Part shown: one piece after another, positions 60,345-61,512 of the stretch
Position numbering within the stretch: position 1 is the stretch's first letter
How the letters are laid out: each line of letters begins with the position of its first letter
NCBI GenBank assembly: GCA_034780895.1
Contig: JAUZTB010000066.1
Span: forward strand, 5,280,375-5,341,886
Source: Rhynchobatus australiae
Taxonomy: Eukaryota
Reading direction: 5' to 3'
Length of the DNA stretch: 61,512 nucleotides
Translations under genes and position numbers: made by a program
The notes under the pieces: model-generated
Database searches by the model: none
What the model was told of the DNA's origin: nothing
The model's input: only the letters and a program-made list of their open reading frames with translations

Positions 60345-61512
60345 AAAATTTCTGCCTACCTAGAATAGACTTCAATTTGTTGCTGTGCAGCACTGCCATT
60401 TTGGAGGCTGATTTGCAAGATTGACCAGTATCTTTGTCCTCTTTGAGCATGGGTGAGGTCCCAGATGACTGGCAAGTGGCTAATGTTCTTCCTCTATTTA
60501 AGAAAGGAACAAGGGAAAATCTGGGAAACTATAGATTGGTGAGTCTCACGTCAGTTGCAGGGAAATTGCTGGAGAAAATTCTTTGACATTGGATTCCAGA
60601 CGCTTGTATATCCTATCCCTTGATTAGGGAAACCCAGCATGGCTTTATGAGGGGCAAGTCATGTCTTACTAACTTGGTTGAGTTTTTTTTAATGTGACGA
60701 GAAAGATGGAAGGAAGAGCTGTGGATGTCATCTATATGGACTTCAGTAAGGTATTTCACAAGGTCCCACATAATTGGTTAATCAAAGTTCAGATGCATGG
60801 GGTCAGTGGAGAATTGGCTGTGTGGATCCAGAACTGGATTGCCTGTAGAAGACAAAGGGTGGTTGTTGAAGGGACTAATTTGGGCTGGAGCCTTGTGAGT
60901 AGCGGTGTTCTGCAGGGAATCTGTGCTGGGACCTCTGCTGTTTGTGATGGACATAAATGACCTGGATGAGTATGTTGATGGATGGGTAAGTTTGCAGACA
61001 ATACCAAGATTGGAGTTGTGAACAGTGTAAAGACTGGCAAAGGATACAGCATGATATAGATCAGTTGCTGATGTGGACAGAGAAATGGCAGATGGAGTTT
61101 AACCTGGATAAGTGTGAGGTGTTGCACCTTGGTATGACTGATGTCATGAGGCAGTACAGTCTTAAGGGCAAGACCTTTAACAGTGTTGAAGAGCAGAGAC
61201 CTTGGGGCGCAAGTCCATGATTCATTGAAAGTGGCTACACAGGTCAACAGGGTGGTTAAGAAGGCTTATGGAATGCTTCCATTTATTAATTGGGGTATTA
61301 AGTATAGAAGTGAAGAAGTTGTGATGCATCTCTACAGAACTCTGATTTGGCTGATTTAGAGTATTGCAGACGATTCTGGTCACCTCACTGTAGGAAAGAT
61401 GTCGAGGCTTTAGAGCAGGTGCAGAGGTGGTTTAGCAGGATGCTGCCTGGATTAGAGGGCATGTGCTATCAGGAGAGGCTGGACAAACTTGGGCTCTTTT
61501 CTCTGGAGTGGC
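60345..61512 (+). mobile_element. CR1-like LINE ORF2 reverse transcriptase region, frameshifted; runs off the right edge
   Basis: PDDWQVANVLPLFKKG, QHGF, AVDVIYMDFSKVFHKVPH, WIQNW, KFADNTK and EKWQMEFNLDKCEVLHLG motifs. Confidence 0.93.

Noticed and set aside
1-61512. Prokaryotic-type systems (CRISPR arrays, operons, defence islands), tRNA and rRNA genes
   Set aside because: None seen; the window is spliceosomal-intron vertebrate DNA with no repeat-spacer arrays.

Overview
Eukaryotic, intron-rich, AT-rich vertebrate DNA from a gapped short-read assembly. The repeat content (CR1-like LINEs, HE1-type SINEs, Penelope-like fragments) suggests a cartilaginous fish, which is an inference. The window holds the conserved SMG8-PRR11-SKA2 block: SMG8 exon 1 (minus strand, rest of gene off the left edge), a complete PRR11 gene (minus strand, 10 coding exons that splice in phase plus a probable non-coding exon 1), and SKA2 exons 1-3 (plus strand). 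PRR11 and SKA2 are head-to-head across a CCAAT-rich bidirectional promoter. SKA2 intron 1 hosts three miR-130-family hairpins (miR-130c-like, miR-301a, miR-454). I see no wholly new biological system. The best leads are an extra tandem 99-nt WH2-like exon in PRR11, a duplicated copy of the PRR11 terminal exon, three miR-130/301/454 seed sites in the putative PRR11 3' UTR (a possible local feedback circuit), minimal hammerhead ribozyme motifs in Penelope-like elements, and a ~145-bp inverted duplication in a PRR11 intron. Most short ORFs in the track are spurious or repeat-derived. All comparisons with human sequences are from recall, not from a database search.
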